A stretch of DNA of 64,000 bases, taken from NCBI GenBank assembly GCA_964644035.1, contig CAZXUH010000001.1, positions 461,720 to 525,719 on the forward strand. Reading direction: 5' to 3'. Source of the DNA: an uncultured Candidatus Saccharibacteria bacterium (GTDB lineage Bacteria; Patescibacteriota; Minisyncoccia; Phycocordibacterales; DAORIS01). Below are positions 48,791 to 58,464 of the stretch, one piece after another. Made by a program: the position numbers and the translations under genes. Within the stretch, counting starts at the first letter, position 1. Every line of letters begins with the position of its first letter. The notes below the pieces were generated by a model, which did no database searches, was not told the origin of the DNA, and worked only from the letters and a program-made list of their open reading frames with translations.

Positions 48791-49456
48791 TTATCTTGTT
48801 GAAGTTGATGTGGTTGTCGTACTTGTCTCCTCGACCTCCGGTGTATCAGAACTTGTAACTTCTATTGCTGACTTCTCCCTTATCAAAGCCTTATACGAAA
48901 TAACAATCGGAGCGACACCTGTCTTCAAAGAAAATGAGACAGTATTGTCTGTTCCGAGCGAAACGTCAGAGAAAAGCGGTCCTACAAAACGCTTGTCGGC
49001 CAATACTTTGTCGGACTGGAGCGCTACGTCAGGGAAACCCTTAGCAAGACCAAACATTGAGAAGGATGGGCTTGTAAGATCATTGTTTTCGTATACAAAA
49101 TTCTTCCACTGCACATTTGGATGAGTTACATCTTCAAGCACTTCAAACAAATTTGATAACGCAAGGTGGCTATTGAGATGATTTGTGGCTACGGCAATTC
49201 TGTCGTTGAGTCTAATAAGTTCTTGGATATTGGGATCGGTAAGTTTTGCCTGATAGACGTCAAGTTCGTCTTTGAGCGCTTCATTACCCCTTACAAGAGT
49301 CTGTTTCCAGAGGAAAAGAAGTCCTGCCAAAACGGCGGCAACTACAAAAAATGCCACGCAAATAAGAGTGAAGATACTGACAGCTGTGCGCGAAGGGAGT
49401 GCTGCATCGGCGGCGCTTTTGCGGGGAATAAAAGACGATTGAAACTTTGGATCCAT
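48791..49456 (-). CDS. pilN: Pilus assembly protein PilN
   Basis: Single TM after a short cytoplasmic N-terminus, then coiled-coil. Immediately downstream of pilM. Confidence 0.6.
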   Translation of the reverse strand: MDPKFQSSFIPRKSAADAALPSRTAVSIFTLICVAFFVVAAVLAGLLFLWKQTLVRGNEALKDELDVYQAKLTDPNIQELIRLNDRIAVATNHLNSHLALSNLFEVLEDVTHPNVQWKNFVYENNDLTSPSFSMFGLAKGFPDVALQSDKVLADKRFVGPLFSDVSLGTDNTVSFSLKTGVAPIVISYKALIREKSAIEVTSSDTPEVEETSTTTTSTSTR

Positions 49457-49558
49457 AAATTACTCTCAAAATTATACCACGGCTATATCCAATGCATATG
49501 GGGATATACATGCTTTATCAACAGTACAAAGATAAAAACAGAGATAGAAGAAGAGAAA

Positions 49559-50668
49559 TTAACCCAATTCCTGCAAACGACGCAGTGCTATACCAACAGC
49601 AATGGTAAATTCCGGACCAGTAACCTTGAGTACAGATTCAAGAAAGGCTGGCGTTTCTATTTTTGAAAATGGATCGCCTGGAATAACGTCATTTTCCAGA
49701 CCTTTTCGAGATGCTTCGATAAATCCACGCAATTTGACTCCCCCGCCGACGAGATAGACTCTGCTTAGATTTTTATTGTATTTTTTCTGATAGTTGAGTA
49801 TGACACGATCTGCTTCTGAGAAAATAAAATTGAGACTGGTATTGAAAATACTTTGCATGACACTTTCCTGACCTTGCTTTGGACTGACCAATCCCCTTTT
49901 CAAGAGTTCTGCTTGCTCAATACTTACCCCGAGTGCCGAAGAGAGACCGAGTGTCAGATCCTGAGAGCCTTTGTTGATCGTATGGGAATTGCGAATGATG
50001 CCATGCTCGATAATATAGAGCTTCGTCGATGCCGCACCCATGTCAAAGATCATGACGGGCGAAGAATCGTTCTCAAGCAACGCTCTAATAGCACTGAAGA
50101 TCTCTATTTCAAAAAATGACGCATGGAGATCGGCTGTTTTGACGATTTCCTGATATTTAGTGAGCGTGTCATTGTGAATAGCGACGACCAAAACATCGAT
50201 TTTATCTTTTTTTAAGGAATCCTTCACATCGCCTTCGTTAAAATTGGGTTCGTCCTTGGGACGAGGGATGACAGACCAGTCGAGGCTGACCTCGGAGATC
50301 GGTACGGGAATATATTTTCTAGCTTCAATTGGAATAATATTTGCCAATTCCTTGCTTGATACAGCGGGTATCTCTATGGTCGATACAAGACTCGACGAAA
50401 ACGGTATTGCAATACCACACGTTTTTGATGTGGCCTTACATTCACGAAGAAGATCACTGAGAGCTTTACCCACATCGGCTGCCGGCATATTGGTCGCTCG
50501 GCCGATTTCAGTATGAGCATAGGGTCCAAGAGCCAATTCACCGTATGTCTCAAGAAAAGCCTTGCCACCCTTGCGCTTGAGCTGGACAACCTTGATCGAA
50601 GAAGAGCCGATGTCTATTCCTAGAACTGACTGCTCTCTCGACTCGAACATATTAGATAAAAATCCCAT
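49559..50668 (-). CDS. pilM: Pilus assembly ATPase-fold protein PilM (actin-like)
   Basis: 369 aa. GIDIGSSSIKVVQL phosphate-1 motif of actin/FtsA-like fold. MGAASTKLYIIE. Confidence 0.8.
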   Translation of the reverse strand: MGFLSNMFESREQSVLGIDIGSSSIKVVQLKRKGGKAFLETYGELALGPYAHTEIGRATNMPAADVGKALSDLLRECKATSKTCGIAIPFSSSLVSTIEIPAVSSKELANIIPIEARKYIPVPISEVSLDWSVIPRPKDEPNFNEGDVKDSLKKDKIDVLVVAIHNDTLTKYQEIVKTADLHASFFEIEIFSAIRALLENDSSPVMIFDMGAASTKLYIIEHGIIRNSHTINKGSQDLTLGLSSALGVSIEQAELLKRGLVSPKQGQESVMQSIFNTSLNFIFSEADRVILNYQKKYNKNLSRVYLVGGGVKLRGFIEASRKGLENDVIPGDPFSKIETPAFLESVLKVTGPEFTIAVGIALRRLQELG

Positions 50669-50673
50669 AATAT

Positions 50674-51375
50674 ATGAAAAGTATAGCAGAAAAAGGCGTA
50701 TTAGGCAGGCTTGGCAATACGATCTATAAAAGGATCAGTGCGCTATCTGCCAGCATATATACATCTATTCTCGATTTTTGTTTCGGTGAGGAAATATTTG
50801 GAGAATATTCGTATGATTTACTAAAGCAAAAATCAGCTCATGTACAGCCCACTTCGCACCCACAGATGTATGCATGTCTTCCCTACCAAGATCCGGTGGT
50901 CAAAAAAGCTATTTTTGAAATCAAATACAGAAAGAATAAAAGATTGGCCAAAATATTCGGCCTGCTATTAATGGAAAAAATAATTGAAGCATGCAAAGAA
51001 CAAAAAGAAATCGTGCTTATTCCCTTGCCTGCCCATAAAAAGAGACTGAGCGAATATGGTTTCAATCAAACACTACTTTTGTGCGAAGGAATACTCGCAC
51101 ATGCACATACATACAGCAATATTAGTTTTTCTATATGCACTATTCTCAAATATAAAAAAGAAAGTAGCGATCACAAACTCATGAATCGCGAAGAACGTAT
51201 TTCTCATTCAGAAAATCAGTTCATTGTTTCTGAAAAAGATACAAAATACATTGCTGGCAAAAATATTATCTTAATAGATGACGTGATCACGACCGGATCG
51301 ACATGTCTCGATGCTATGAGAGCATGTGAAGTTGCAGCACCTACACATATCGTAGCGTTTGCAGTCGGACACTAG
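50674..51375 (+). CDS. comF: ComF-family phosphoribosyltransferase-domain protein (competence protein ComFC-like)
   Basis: C-terminal PRTase motif IILIDDVITTGST. Length 233 aa. Divergent from pilM by 5 bp. Confidence 0.7.
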   Translation: MKSIAEKGVLGRLGNTIYKRISALSASIYTSILDFCFGEEIFGEYSYDLLKQKSAHVQPTSHPQMYACLPYQDPVVKKAIFEIKYRKNKRLAKIFGLLLMEKIIEACKEQKEIVLIPLPAHKKRLSEYGFNQTLLLCEGILAHAHTYSNISFSICTILKYKKESSDHKLMNREERISHSENQFIVSEKDTKYIAGKNIILIDDVITTGSTCLDAMRACEVAAPTHIVAFAVGH

Positions 51376-51465
51376 GGTATATCTGCAATTGAACTTAGAA
51401 ATCCTTTGTGCTTATATATGCTCAGAACTGGATGAGTCCTACACCCCTAACAAAAGGAGAACCCT

Positions 51466-51816
51466 ATGCTCATCCGCATTTGTATTGTCGTTTTGGCGTT
51501 TTGCCTTTATGGCTGCAAATCGCAGCCTGAAGTCGTAATACCGACCACCTACGAGGTAGTGAAGAATAGACACTTCGTTGAATGCGATGAAATCCGAGAT
51601 CGGCTTACCAAGCCAATTTTTCTGAAAGGCCTTGCTGGCTATGCCAATGGATATGGCTTTCGACTGCAAGTCGTAGTCGTCAATGATGATAAGTACGGAG
51701 AGGTTATGGCTATCATGACCCTGGAAGAATCACAGCAACTGGCTGTATCTGTTCCAGGCAAAATGATATTCATCAGCACCGGCGCTAGTGAAAAAGCCCG
51801 AGAATTCCTCCCCTAG
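51466..51816 (+). CDS. Lipoprotein, hypothetical (GC-rich)
   Basis: Lipobox LYGC after a hydrophobic signal. Followed by terminator CCCGCGAGAAATCGCGGG. Confidence 0.45.
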   Translation: MLIRICIVVLAFCLYGCKSQPEVVIPTTYEVVKNRHFVECDEIRDRLTKPIFLKGLAGYANGYGFRLQVVVVNDDKYGEVMAIMTLEESQQLAVSVPGKMIFISTGASEKAREFLP

Positions 51817-51823
51817 CCACAGT

Positions 51824-51852
51824 CCCGCGAGAAATCGCGGGATTTGTTTTTC
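51824..51852 (+). terminator. Rho-independent terminator
   Basis: CCCGCG-AGAAAT-CGCGGG hairpin followed by ATTTGTTTTT. Confidence 0.6.
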
Positions 51853-51922
51853 GATAGACTAGCGAGAAATAATTTGTTACCTTTGCGTCAGAACAGACAT
51901 ACACTTACAGAAAGGGTTTCCA

Positions 51923-52306
51923 ATGCTAGATTCAGAATTCACGGGACGTATCCGGATTGTCACCACTCCTGCAGGAGAAGCACCTCTTTGGGTTCGAGAA
52001 GCTTGGGTTGGGCTCAGATTGCCTTGTTGGCCACTAGTAGGTCTCCCCAGCGGTCCTGAGGTCGGCGTTTTAAGTAGCAAAGAGGTCAATCACAATTGTT
52101 TTGTTTGTCATGTGCCTCAAGATGAAGCAATTGTAATTTTACGGAAAGAAAGACCTGAAGCCGCAAAATGGTGGGAAGAGAACAATTTTCCCCAACCTGG
52201 AAAAAGTTTCACTTTTAGGGAGGAGGAAATAAGGATGATCTGTGGTGTACGACGCACAGGAATCATCCATGTTACCGAAGAAATGATGGGTGACCCCAAT
52301 CGATAG
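51923..52306 (+). CDS. Hypothetical protein (GC-rich)
   Basis: 127 aa, no recognisable motif. Followed by a near-copy of the upstream terminator. Confidence 0.35.
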   Translation: MLDSEFTGRIRIVTTPAGEAPLWVREAWVGLRLPCWPLVGLPSGPEVGVLSSKEVNHNCFVCHVPQDEAIVILRKERPEAAKWWEENNFPQPGKSFTFREEEIRMICGVRRTGIIHVTEEMMGDPNR

Positions 52307-52321
52307 CCACAGAAGCACAAA

Positions 52322-52350
52322 TCCCCGCAAGAAATTGCGGGGATTTTATT
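52322..52350 (+). terminator. Rho-independent terminator (paralogous to the one at 51824)
   Basis: CCCCGCAAGAAATTGCGGGG followed by ATTTTATT. Shares the preceding TAGCCACAG with the 51824 terminator. Confidence 0.6.
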
Positions 52351-52577
52351 AAAAAGAACCCTGCCATTACAGCAGGGATTCACAACATTGTTAGAACTTT
52401 GACCAAACAAGTACGACCAGTACCATCAGCACAATTGCTTTGATGGAGATTGGCATCTTCGCAGTAGTCCGATTCCGAAGGTCGTAATACGACTTAATAC
52501 GTTGCCATTCATTGCGCAGCATATGTTCACCTCCTTTCAACTGCAGTCAATACTAGCACAAAGAAAAATAAAGACTA

Positions 52578-52596
52578 GCGGAGACGGCGAGATTCG
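52578..52596 (-). repeat. 19-nt duplicate of the tRNA-Ser 3' end (att-like direct repeat)
   Basis: GCGGAGACGGCGAGATTCG is identical to 52750-52768, which covers the acceptor and T-arm 3' half of tRNA-Ser. Confidence 0.6.
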
Positions 52597-52750
52597 GCTA
52601 CAGATACTTTTCTCGCCGTCGCTCGAAAAGTTCTGCAGCCCCGGCTCGGTATCGCTCGCTACTGCTCGCGATATACCTCCGCCTTTTCTCATCTTTCCAC
52701 CTCTCGACATCAGTTCTTCACCGAGCTTTGCTCGGTTCGAACTGCTGTTG

Positions 52751-52841
52751 CGGAGACGGCGAGATTCGAACTCGCGAGAGGCTTTTAGACCCCTACCTCG
52801 TTAGCAGTGAGGCGCTTTCGACCAGGCTCAGCCACGTCTCC
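52751..52841 (-). tRNA. tRNA-Ser (anticodon GCT), class II with long variable arm
   Basis: Reverse-complement GGAGACGTGGCTGAGCC...CTGCTAA...long variable arm...GCGAGTTCGAATCTCGCCGTCTCCG. Acceptor and T stems are perfect. Confidence 0.8.
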
Positions 52842-52933
52842 AGTTATTCGAGAATAGCACAAAAGCTGCCGAAATCACAAGAAAATATCATTGAAGGGCA
52901 GTACAGAGCTAGAAGGTAAGTTGAGAAATAATT

Positions 52934-54730
52934 TTAAGAAACTTTTTCGAGTTCATCGATCAGATTCTTAAAATGCACAATCACCGAAGAGAGTGATTCT
53001 TTCTTTTCGAGATCGAGTCCTGCTTTACGCAAAAGATTGAGAGGCCAGTCACTGCCACCTGAACGCAACATATTGAGATATGCTTCTCTTTCTTTTTCGC
53101 CACCACTCAGCACTTTTTGCGAAAGAGCAATAGCAGCAATCAAACCAGTCGCGTATTTGTACACATAAAAAGCTCGGTAGAAATGCGGTATGCGTAGACA
53201 TTCAAGCTCGAGTTCAGGATCAATCACAAAATCAGGACCAAAATACAATTCAAGCAGTGTTCGATATTCTTTTCTAAGCACATCTACCGTTAGTGGCTCC
53301 CCTTTTTCAGAAAGTTCATGTGTGCGTTTTTCAAATTCGGCAAACATAACCTGACGAATGATCGTCGTGCGTATTGCATCGACAGCATGATTGAGAAGAA
53401 ATGCTTTCTGCTTTTTGTCGGCTTTGGCAAGCAATGAATGCAACAGAAGCTGCTCATTGAACGTACTTGCAATCTCAGCTGTAAAGATCGGATAGCCAGC
53501 ACGCTGGAAAGGTTGATTTTTATTGGCCAGATAGGTGTGCATCGAATGCCCTGCCTCGTGAGCAAGCGTAAAGACCTGCTCAAGCACTTTCTCATCGAAG
53601 TTCATGAGAATATATGGCTGCGAATCATAGCTTCCCGAACTAAATGCACCTGAATGTTTGCCGATATTTGGATATCGATCGCACCAGCGAGCAGATGTCA
53701 GACCCTTGCTCAAAGCATCGGTATATTCTTTTCCCAATACTTTTGTTGCAGTAATCGTCATTTCCACAGCATCGTCCCATGTATGACTTTCTGCAGCATC
53801 GGGAAATATAGAGGTGTATACATCGTATTGATGCAGATCTTTTATATTGAGCTTGTCTTTTCTGATTTTGAGATAGCGATAGAGATCGGGCAGAAGCTTG
53901 TGTACGACATCGATCAGGTTTTCATAGACTTTTGGATTGATATTGTCTGCAAAAAGGCTCGCGCCGAGCGAACTTTTATACTTTCTAACCTTTGAATAAT
54001 AAATATCAGTCTGCACTGAAGCATTGTAGGTAGCGGCAATAGTATTTTTATGATGTTCGTATTCTTTGAAATACGCATGGAACATATCCTTGCGCACAGA
54101 GCGTACTGGATGACGCAACACTTGAGAAAACGTGCTGTGGTTCACATCTATCACATTACCCTTATCATCTTTGATCTGTCCCCACTTCAAATCGACATCA
54201 TTGAGCTGTCTAAAAATAGAATCGGGTCCCCCGCTGATCTGACCCTGCATAGCCAAAAGCGTTTCTTCAGGCAGACTCAGACTATGCGGTTTGTATCTAA
54301 TGATTTTTTCTAGCTGCAATTTCCATTCTTTCAAAAGAGGACTTTTTATAAATAATGTTATTTTTGCACTTGGAATGGCAAGAATTTCTGGACGAATAAA
54401 ACTTGAAAGTTCACCCTGTCTTGTCGCCACATGCTCAAATCGACCCTTCATACGCAGGTAGATAGAATTACCCTCATCTTCTGAACCCTTTAGAAAAGCA
54501 TAAGTGCCCAAATTGTCTCCTTCCCTCTCAATAGCGGCACTAAACTCAAACAGAGCGACGAGTTGCTTAGCACTTTTACTTAGCGTACCTTTGTATTTTT
54601 TATACCCCTCAATCTTTTTTGACCACTTAGCAAAAGCACTTTCCCAGGCCTGATCGCTCTTGTACATACCCGAAAGATCCCATGTATTGGCTGCTGAAAC
54701 ATCCTTTCTCTGTTTGAGTTTGTCTGTCAT
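52934..54730 (-). CDS. pepF: Oligoendopeptidase F (M3B family zinc metallopeptidase)
   Basis: HEAGHSMH zinc-binding HEXXH. About 600 aa, typical PepF length and pattern. Confidence 0.85.
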   Translation of the reverse strand: MTDKLKQRKDVSAANTWDLSGMYKSDQAWESAFAKWSKKIEGYKKYKGTLSKSAKQLVALFEFSAAIEREGDNLGTYAFLKGSEDEGNSIYLRMKGRFEHVATRQGELSSFIRPEILAIPSAKITLFIKSPLLKEWKLQLEKIIRYKPHSLSLPEETLLAMQGQISGGPDSIFRQLNDVDLKWGQIKDDKGNVIDVNHSTFSQVLRHPVRSVRKDMFHAYFKEYEHHKNTIAATYNASVQTDIYYSKVRKYKSSLGASLFADNINPKVYENLIDVVHKLLPDLYRYLKIRKDKLNIKDLHQYDVYTSIFPDAAESHTWDDAVEMTITATKVLGKEYTDALSKGLTSARWCDRYPNIGKHSGAFSSGSYDSQPYILMNFDEKVLEQVFTLAHEAGHSMHTYLANKNQPFQRAGYPIFTAEIASTFNEQLLLHSLLAKADKKQKAFLLNHAVDAIRTTIIRQVMFAEFEKRTHELSEKGEPLTVDVLRKEYRTLLELYFGPDFVIDPELELECLRIPHFYRAFYVYKYATGLIAAIALSQKVLSGGEKEREAYLNMLRSGGSDWPLNLLRKAGLDLEKKESLSSVIVHFKNLIDELEKVS

Positions 54731-54797
54731 ACGAAACCACTATAGCAAAAATCCCGCCGAAGCGGGACTTTTGACGATTCTGACAAATATGCAGAAA

Positions 54798-55436
54798 CTA
54801 TTTTGCCAAGAACTTGTAGAAATTCATACCGATCACTGCACCGACAATCGGAGCGAGACCGTAGACAATGTTGAGAGTGCCTGCTGTCAAAGCTGCTGCA
54901 GGGTTGAGGATACCAAATGCACCGCCAAATGAAGCGATGATTGAGCCCAAAAGAAGAGCAGTACCAATAACCATGCCATGCATCGATGTATGAGGCTTCT
55001 CATAGACTACTGATGCAATACCAAAGGCAAAGATGATTGTACCGATTGTCTCGGCTGCAAATATCTTCAAGCTTACGCCAGCCATTGAAGGAGCAATAGG
55101 AAGCTTCATAGCCAAGAAGTATGATGCAAGTCCAAATGCAAGCACTGCACCTACAAACTGAGCAATGATGTATGCAAGAGATTCCTTGGGAGTAATCTTC
55201 TTGACCGAAAGAAGACCGAGCGTGACCGCAGGGTTTATGTGTGCACCCGAGATCGATCCAATCGAGTAGACAATGAATCCGACGACGATAGCCGCCAAGA
55301 ATGGAGTAAAGGCTGCAGCATTGCTGCGTGAAGCCAAAAGGATAATAAGAGCAAGCATGAACGTACCGAACGCTTCTGCTATGTATCTTTTCAACTGAAC
55401 TATGTTTATGTTTATCATATTAATATTAATTACCAA
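54798..55436 (-). CDS. Aquaporin/glycerol-facilitator family channel (MIP)
   Basis: Two NPA boxes (HINPAVTLG and ILNPAAAL) and six TM helices. Unusual MININI repeats at the N-terminus. Confidence 0.85.
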   Translation of the reverse strand: MVININMININIVQLKRYIAEAFGTFMLALIILLASRSNAAAFTPFLAAIVVGFIVYSIGSISGAHINPAVTLGLLSVKKITPKESLAYIIAQFVGAVLAFGLASYFLAMKLPIAPSMAGVSLKIFAAETIGTIIFAFGIASVVYEKPHTSMHGMVIGTALLLGSIIASFGGAFGILNPAAALTAGTLNIVYGLAPIVGAVIGMNFYKFLAK

Positions 55437-55464
55437 TTATCTGCCCTTATAGTATAGTACGAGC

Positions 55465-56271
55465 GTGCTAGACTTCAAAACCTTCAAAAAGACCATTTGG
55501 CAACACTATAAAAAGTACGGCCGCGATTTTCCGTGGAGAAATACCCGCAATCCGTACAGGATTTTGGTATCCGAAATCATGCTTCAGCAGACGCAGGCCG
55601 ATAGAGTGATACGAAAATACGAAGCTTTTATAAAAAGGTTTCCTGATTTCAAATCTCTAGCTCACGCTTCCCTCTCCGATGTCCTGACACTCTGGAAAGG
55701 TCTTGGATACAACAGACGAGCACTCAACCTTCAGCGAGCTGCACAGATAGTACACACCAATTTCAAAGGAAAACTACCCAAAGACAGAGAAACTCTTCTG
55801 TCACTACCTAGTATCGGACCAGCCACTGCCGGCGATATCCGTGCTTTTGCTTGGAATATGCCTGATATAGTTATAGAAACCAATATTCGTAGTGTCTATA
55901 TTCATTTTTTCTTTAAGGACAGTAAAGAAGTACATGACAAAGATATTTTGGTACTTATAGAAAAAACCGTCGATCAGAAAAATCCCCGCGAATGGTATTT
56001 TGCTCTCATGGACTATGGAAATCTACTCAAAAGGACTGTTGGTAATGCATCGAGACAGAGCATTCATTATAAAAAGCAGTCTTCTTTCAAGGATTCCAAT
56101 AGAAAATTGCGCGCAGACATTCTATTTCTTTTGCACGATAAAAAACGGATTACTGAAAAAAGCATAGTAGAACATTTCAACGATGAAAGAACGCTCAAGA
56201 ATCTATCAGCCCTTTCTAAAGAAGGATTTGTGAAGAAGCAAGGAGCAACGTGGTATATTGTCGGTACATGA
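55465..56271 (+). CDS. HhH-GPD base-excision DNA glycosylase (MutY/Nth-like, no Fe-S cysteine cluster)
   Basis: LVSEIMLQQTQ...LPSIGPATAGDIRAFAW is a helix-hairpin-helix GPD motif. No C-x6-C-x2-C-x5-C cluster. Confidence 0.7.
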   Translation: MLDFKTFKKTIWQHYKKYGRDFPWRNTRNPYRILVSEIMLQQTQADRVIRKYEAFIKRFPDFKSLAHASLSDVLTLWKGLGYNRRALNLQRAAQIVHTNFKGKLPKDRETLLSLPSIGPATAGDIRAFAWNMPDIVIETNIRSVYIHFFFKDSKEVHDKDILVLIEKTVDQKNPREWYFALMDYGNLLKRTVGNASRQSIHYKKQSSFKDSNRKLRADILFLLHDKKRITEKSIVEHFNDERTLKNLSALSKEGFVKKQGATWYIVGT

Positions 56272-58430
56272 ATTTGAGCACGCCCCTCGAGGAAGCACTA
56301 CGTATAGATACCGAACACAGGCGCGCTCTAGAGCGTCTTGGTATAAGCACCGTGCGAGACTTGCTGCACTATTTTCCTGTCCGTTATGAGGAAGCGGGAG
56401 AGGTCAGAAATATTGCCGAGCTCGTGAGTGGAGAGCGAGTGTCGCTTGTTGGTACTATTTCAAAAATAAATTATCGAAAAACATTCAAATCAAGGATTGC
56501 CATTGCTACAGCTACTCTTACCGATACTACCGGCTCGATTGAGCTGATATGGTTTCATCAGCCATATATAGCAAAAATCTTGCCCGAATCATCGATCGTC
56601 CAGATCACCGGCACTGTTTCGACGGGCAAAAGAGGTATTTTTATTTCCAATCCCGAATACGAAAAGGTCGACAAAGCACCCGACGGTATTAGTAAAAATC
56701 TTTTCAAGGATATGCCCGACTCGGTCAACGGCGGGCTCTATCCTGTCTATCCAGAAACAAAAGGTCTGACATCAAAATGGCTCCATCACGCTATTAGGAA
56801 AATCATCGCTCACAATCTTCTCGGTGAAATAGTCGATCCCCTGCCCGAAGAAATGCGTGAGAAATACAATTTGCCAACAATTCAAACAGCAATCATTTGG
56901 ATTCATACACCAAAAAGAATAGAAGACAGTGAAGTCGCAAGAAAACGTTTTGCATTTCAAGAAGTATTCCTTATTCAGCTTCAGAAACAGAAAAATCGAT
57001 ACGAATACGAGCACGAAACTGCTTGGGAAATAAAAAATAAGAAAAAAGACGTCGGACAGTTTATACAACAGTTTCCTTTTTCGCTCACCGAAGGTCAGTC
57101 GAGTGTTATCGAAGATATATTGAACGATTTTGATAGTAGTAAACCAATGTCACGCCTCCTCGAGGGCGATGTCGGCTCGGGGAAAACCGCTATTGCTGCT
57201 TCGACAGCTTTTGCCGTAGCCACTACGTATCCCAAAGGTCAGGATTTTGGCAATTTGCAGGTTGCGTATATGTGCCCAACTGAAATCTTGGCTCGACAGC
57301 ATTTTGAATCGTTTATTGGATACTGCAAAGAAGCAAAAATATCTGTCGGACTTCTCACTGCTTCTGAATGCAAAAAATTTCCATCCAAGGTCAATAAAAA
57401 TGAAGCGACGCATATATCGAGAACACAACTTCTCAAATGGGTCGCCAATGGCGAAATACCGATCCTTATTGGCACGCACTCGCTCATACAAGAAAAAGTG
57501 ACGTTCAAACATCTCGCCTACGTGATTATCGACGAACAGCATCGCTTCGGCACCGCTCAGCGCCAGAAACTGGCTCAGAAAGATAAGAAATTGCCACACC
57601 TCTTGTCGATGACTGCTACACCTATTCCCCGCACCTTGGCCCTCACAGTCTATGGCGACCTCGATATATCTGTCCTGGATCAAATGCCTCACGGTAGGAA
57701 GCCTGTGATCACAGAAATCGTCTTGCCAGCCAAAAGAAACAGAGTCTATGAAGATATAAAAAAAGAAATACGAAATGGCCGACAACTCTACGTCATTTGT
57801 CCAAGAATCAATGAACCTGATCCATCAAAAGAAAAAGCTTTGGCGGCAAAATCAGTGACCGAAGAAGCTAAGCGTTTAAAAAAAGAAGTATTCAAAGAAT
57901 TTGAAATCGGTATTCTTCACAGCAAAATGACACTACCAGCCAAAGATAGTGTTATGAAAGATTTTGTAAACAATAAAATACAAATTTTGGTTGCTACATC
58001 GGTTGTCGAAGTTGGCGTCAATGTACCCAATGCAACCATGATCATTATTGAGGGTGCAGAACGATTTGGCTTGGCACAGCTTCATCAGTTGCGTGGTCGT
58101 GTCATACGAAGCAATCATCAAGCCTACTGCTATATCTTTGCTGACCCAAAGACCGACAAGACACTCGATCGTCTCAGCGCTCTTACCAAGGCTAAAAATG
58201 GCTTCGAATTGGCCGAATACGATCTTGCTCAGCGAGGTATGGGTATGCTCTATGGTGCCAAGCAATGGGGCATTTCAGACCTCGGTATGGAAGCAATAAA
58301 AAATATTAAAATGGTTGAAGCAGCACGGAGTGAAGCGCATCAGATCATTACGAAAAATCCTGATCTATCGAAACATCCGCTGCTTCACAAACTGCTCTCA
58401 GGTGGTGAAAGAAACGTGCATTTCGAGTAG
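56268..58430 (+). CDS. recG: ATP-dependent DNA helicase RecG
   Basis: Wedge domain, helicase motif I (GDVGSGKT), DEQH box (IIDEQHRFG). About 720 aa. Start taken at the ATG at 56268, which overlaps the previous stop (ATGA). Confidence 0.9.
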   Translation: MNLSTPLEEALRIDTEHRRALERLGISTVRDLLHYFPVRYEEAGEVRNIAELVSGERVSLVGTISKINYRKTFKSRIAIATATLTDTTGSIELIWFHQPYIAKILPESSIVQITGTVSTGKRGIFISNPEYEKVDKAPDGISKNLFKDMPDSVNGGLYPVYPETKGLTSKWLHHAIRKIIAHNLLGEIVDPLPEEMREKYNLPTIQTAIIWIHTPKRIEDSEVARKRFAFQEVFLIQLQKQKNRYEYEHETAWEIKNKKKDVGQFIQQFPFSLTEGQSSVIEDILNDFDSSKPMSRLLEGDVGSGKTAIAASTAFAVATTYPKGQDFGNLQVAYMCPTEILARQHFESFIGYCKEAKISVGLLTASECKKFPSKVNKNEATHISRTQLLKWVANGEIPILIGTHSLIQEKVTFKHLAYVIIDEQHRFGTAQRQKLAQKDKKLPHLLSMTATPIPRTLALTVYGDLDISVLDQMPHGRKPVITEIVLPAKRNRVYEDIKKEIRNGRQLYVICPRINEPDPSKEKALAAKSVTEEAKRLKKEVFKEFEIGILHSKMTLPAKDSVMKDFVNNKIQILVATSVVEVGVNVPNATMIIIEGAERFGLAQLHQLRGRVIRSNHQAYCYIFADPKTDKTLDRLSALTKAKNGFELAEYDLAQRGMGMLYGAKQWGISDLGMEAIKNIKMVEAARSEAHQIITKNPDLSKHPLLHKLLSGGERNVHFE

Positions 58431-58464
58431 CACATTTGAATTTTTTGCTGTATATTCGTGGTAC

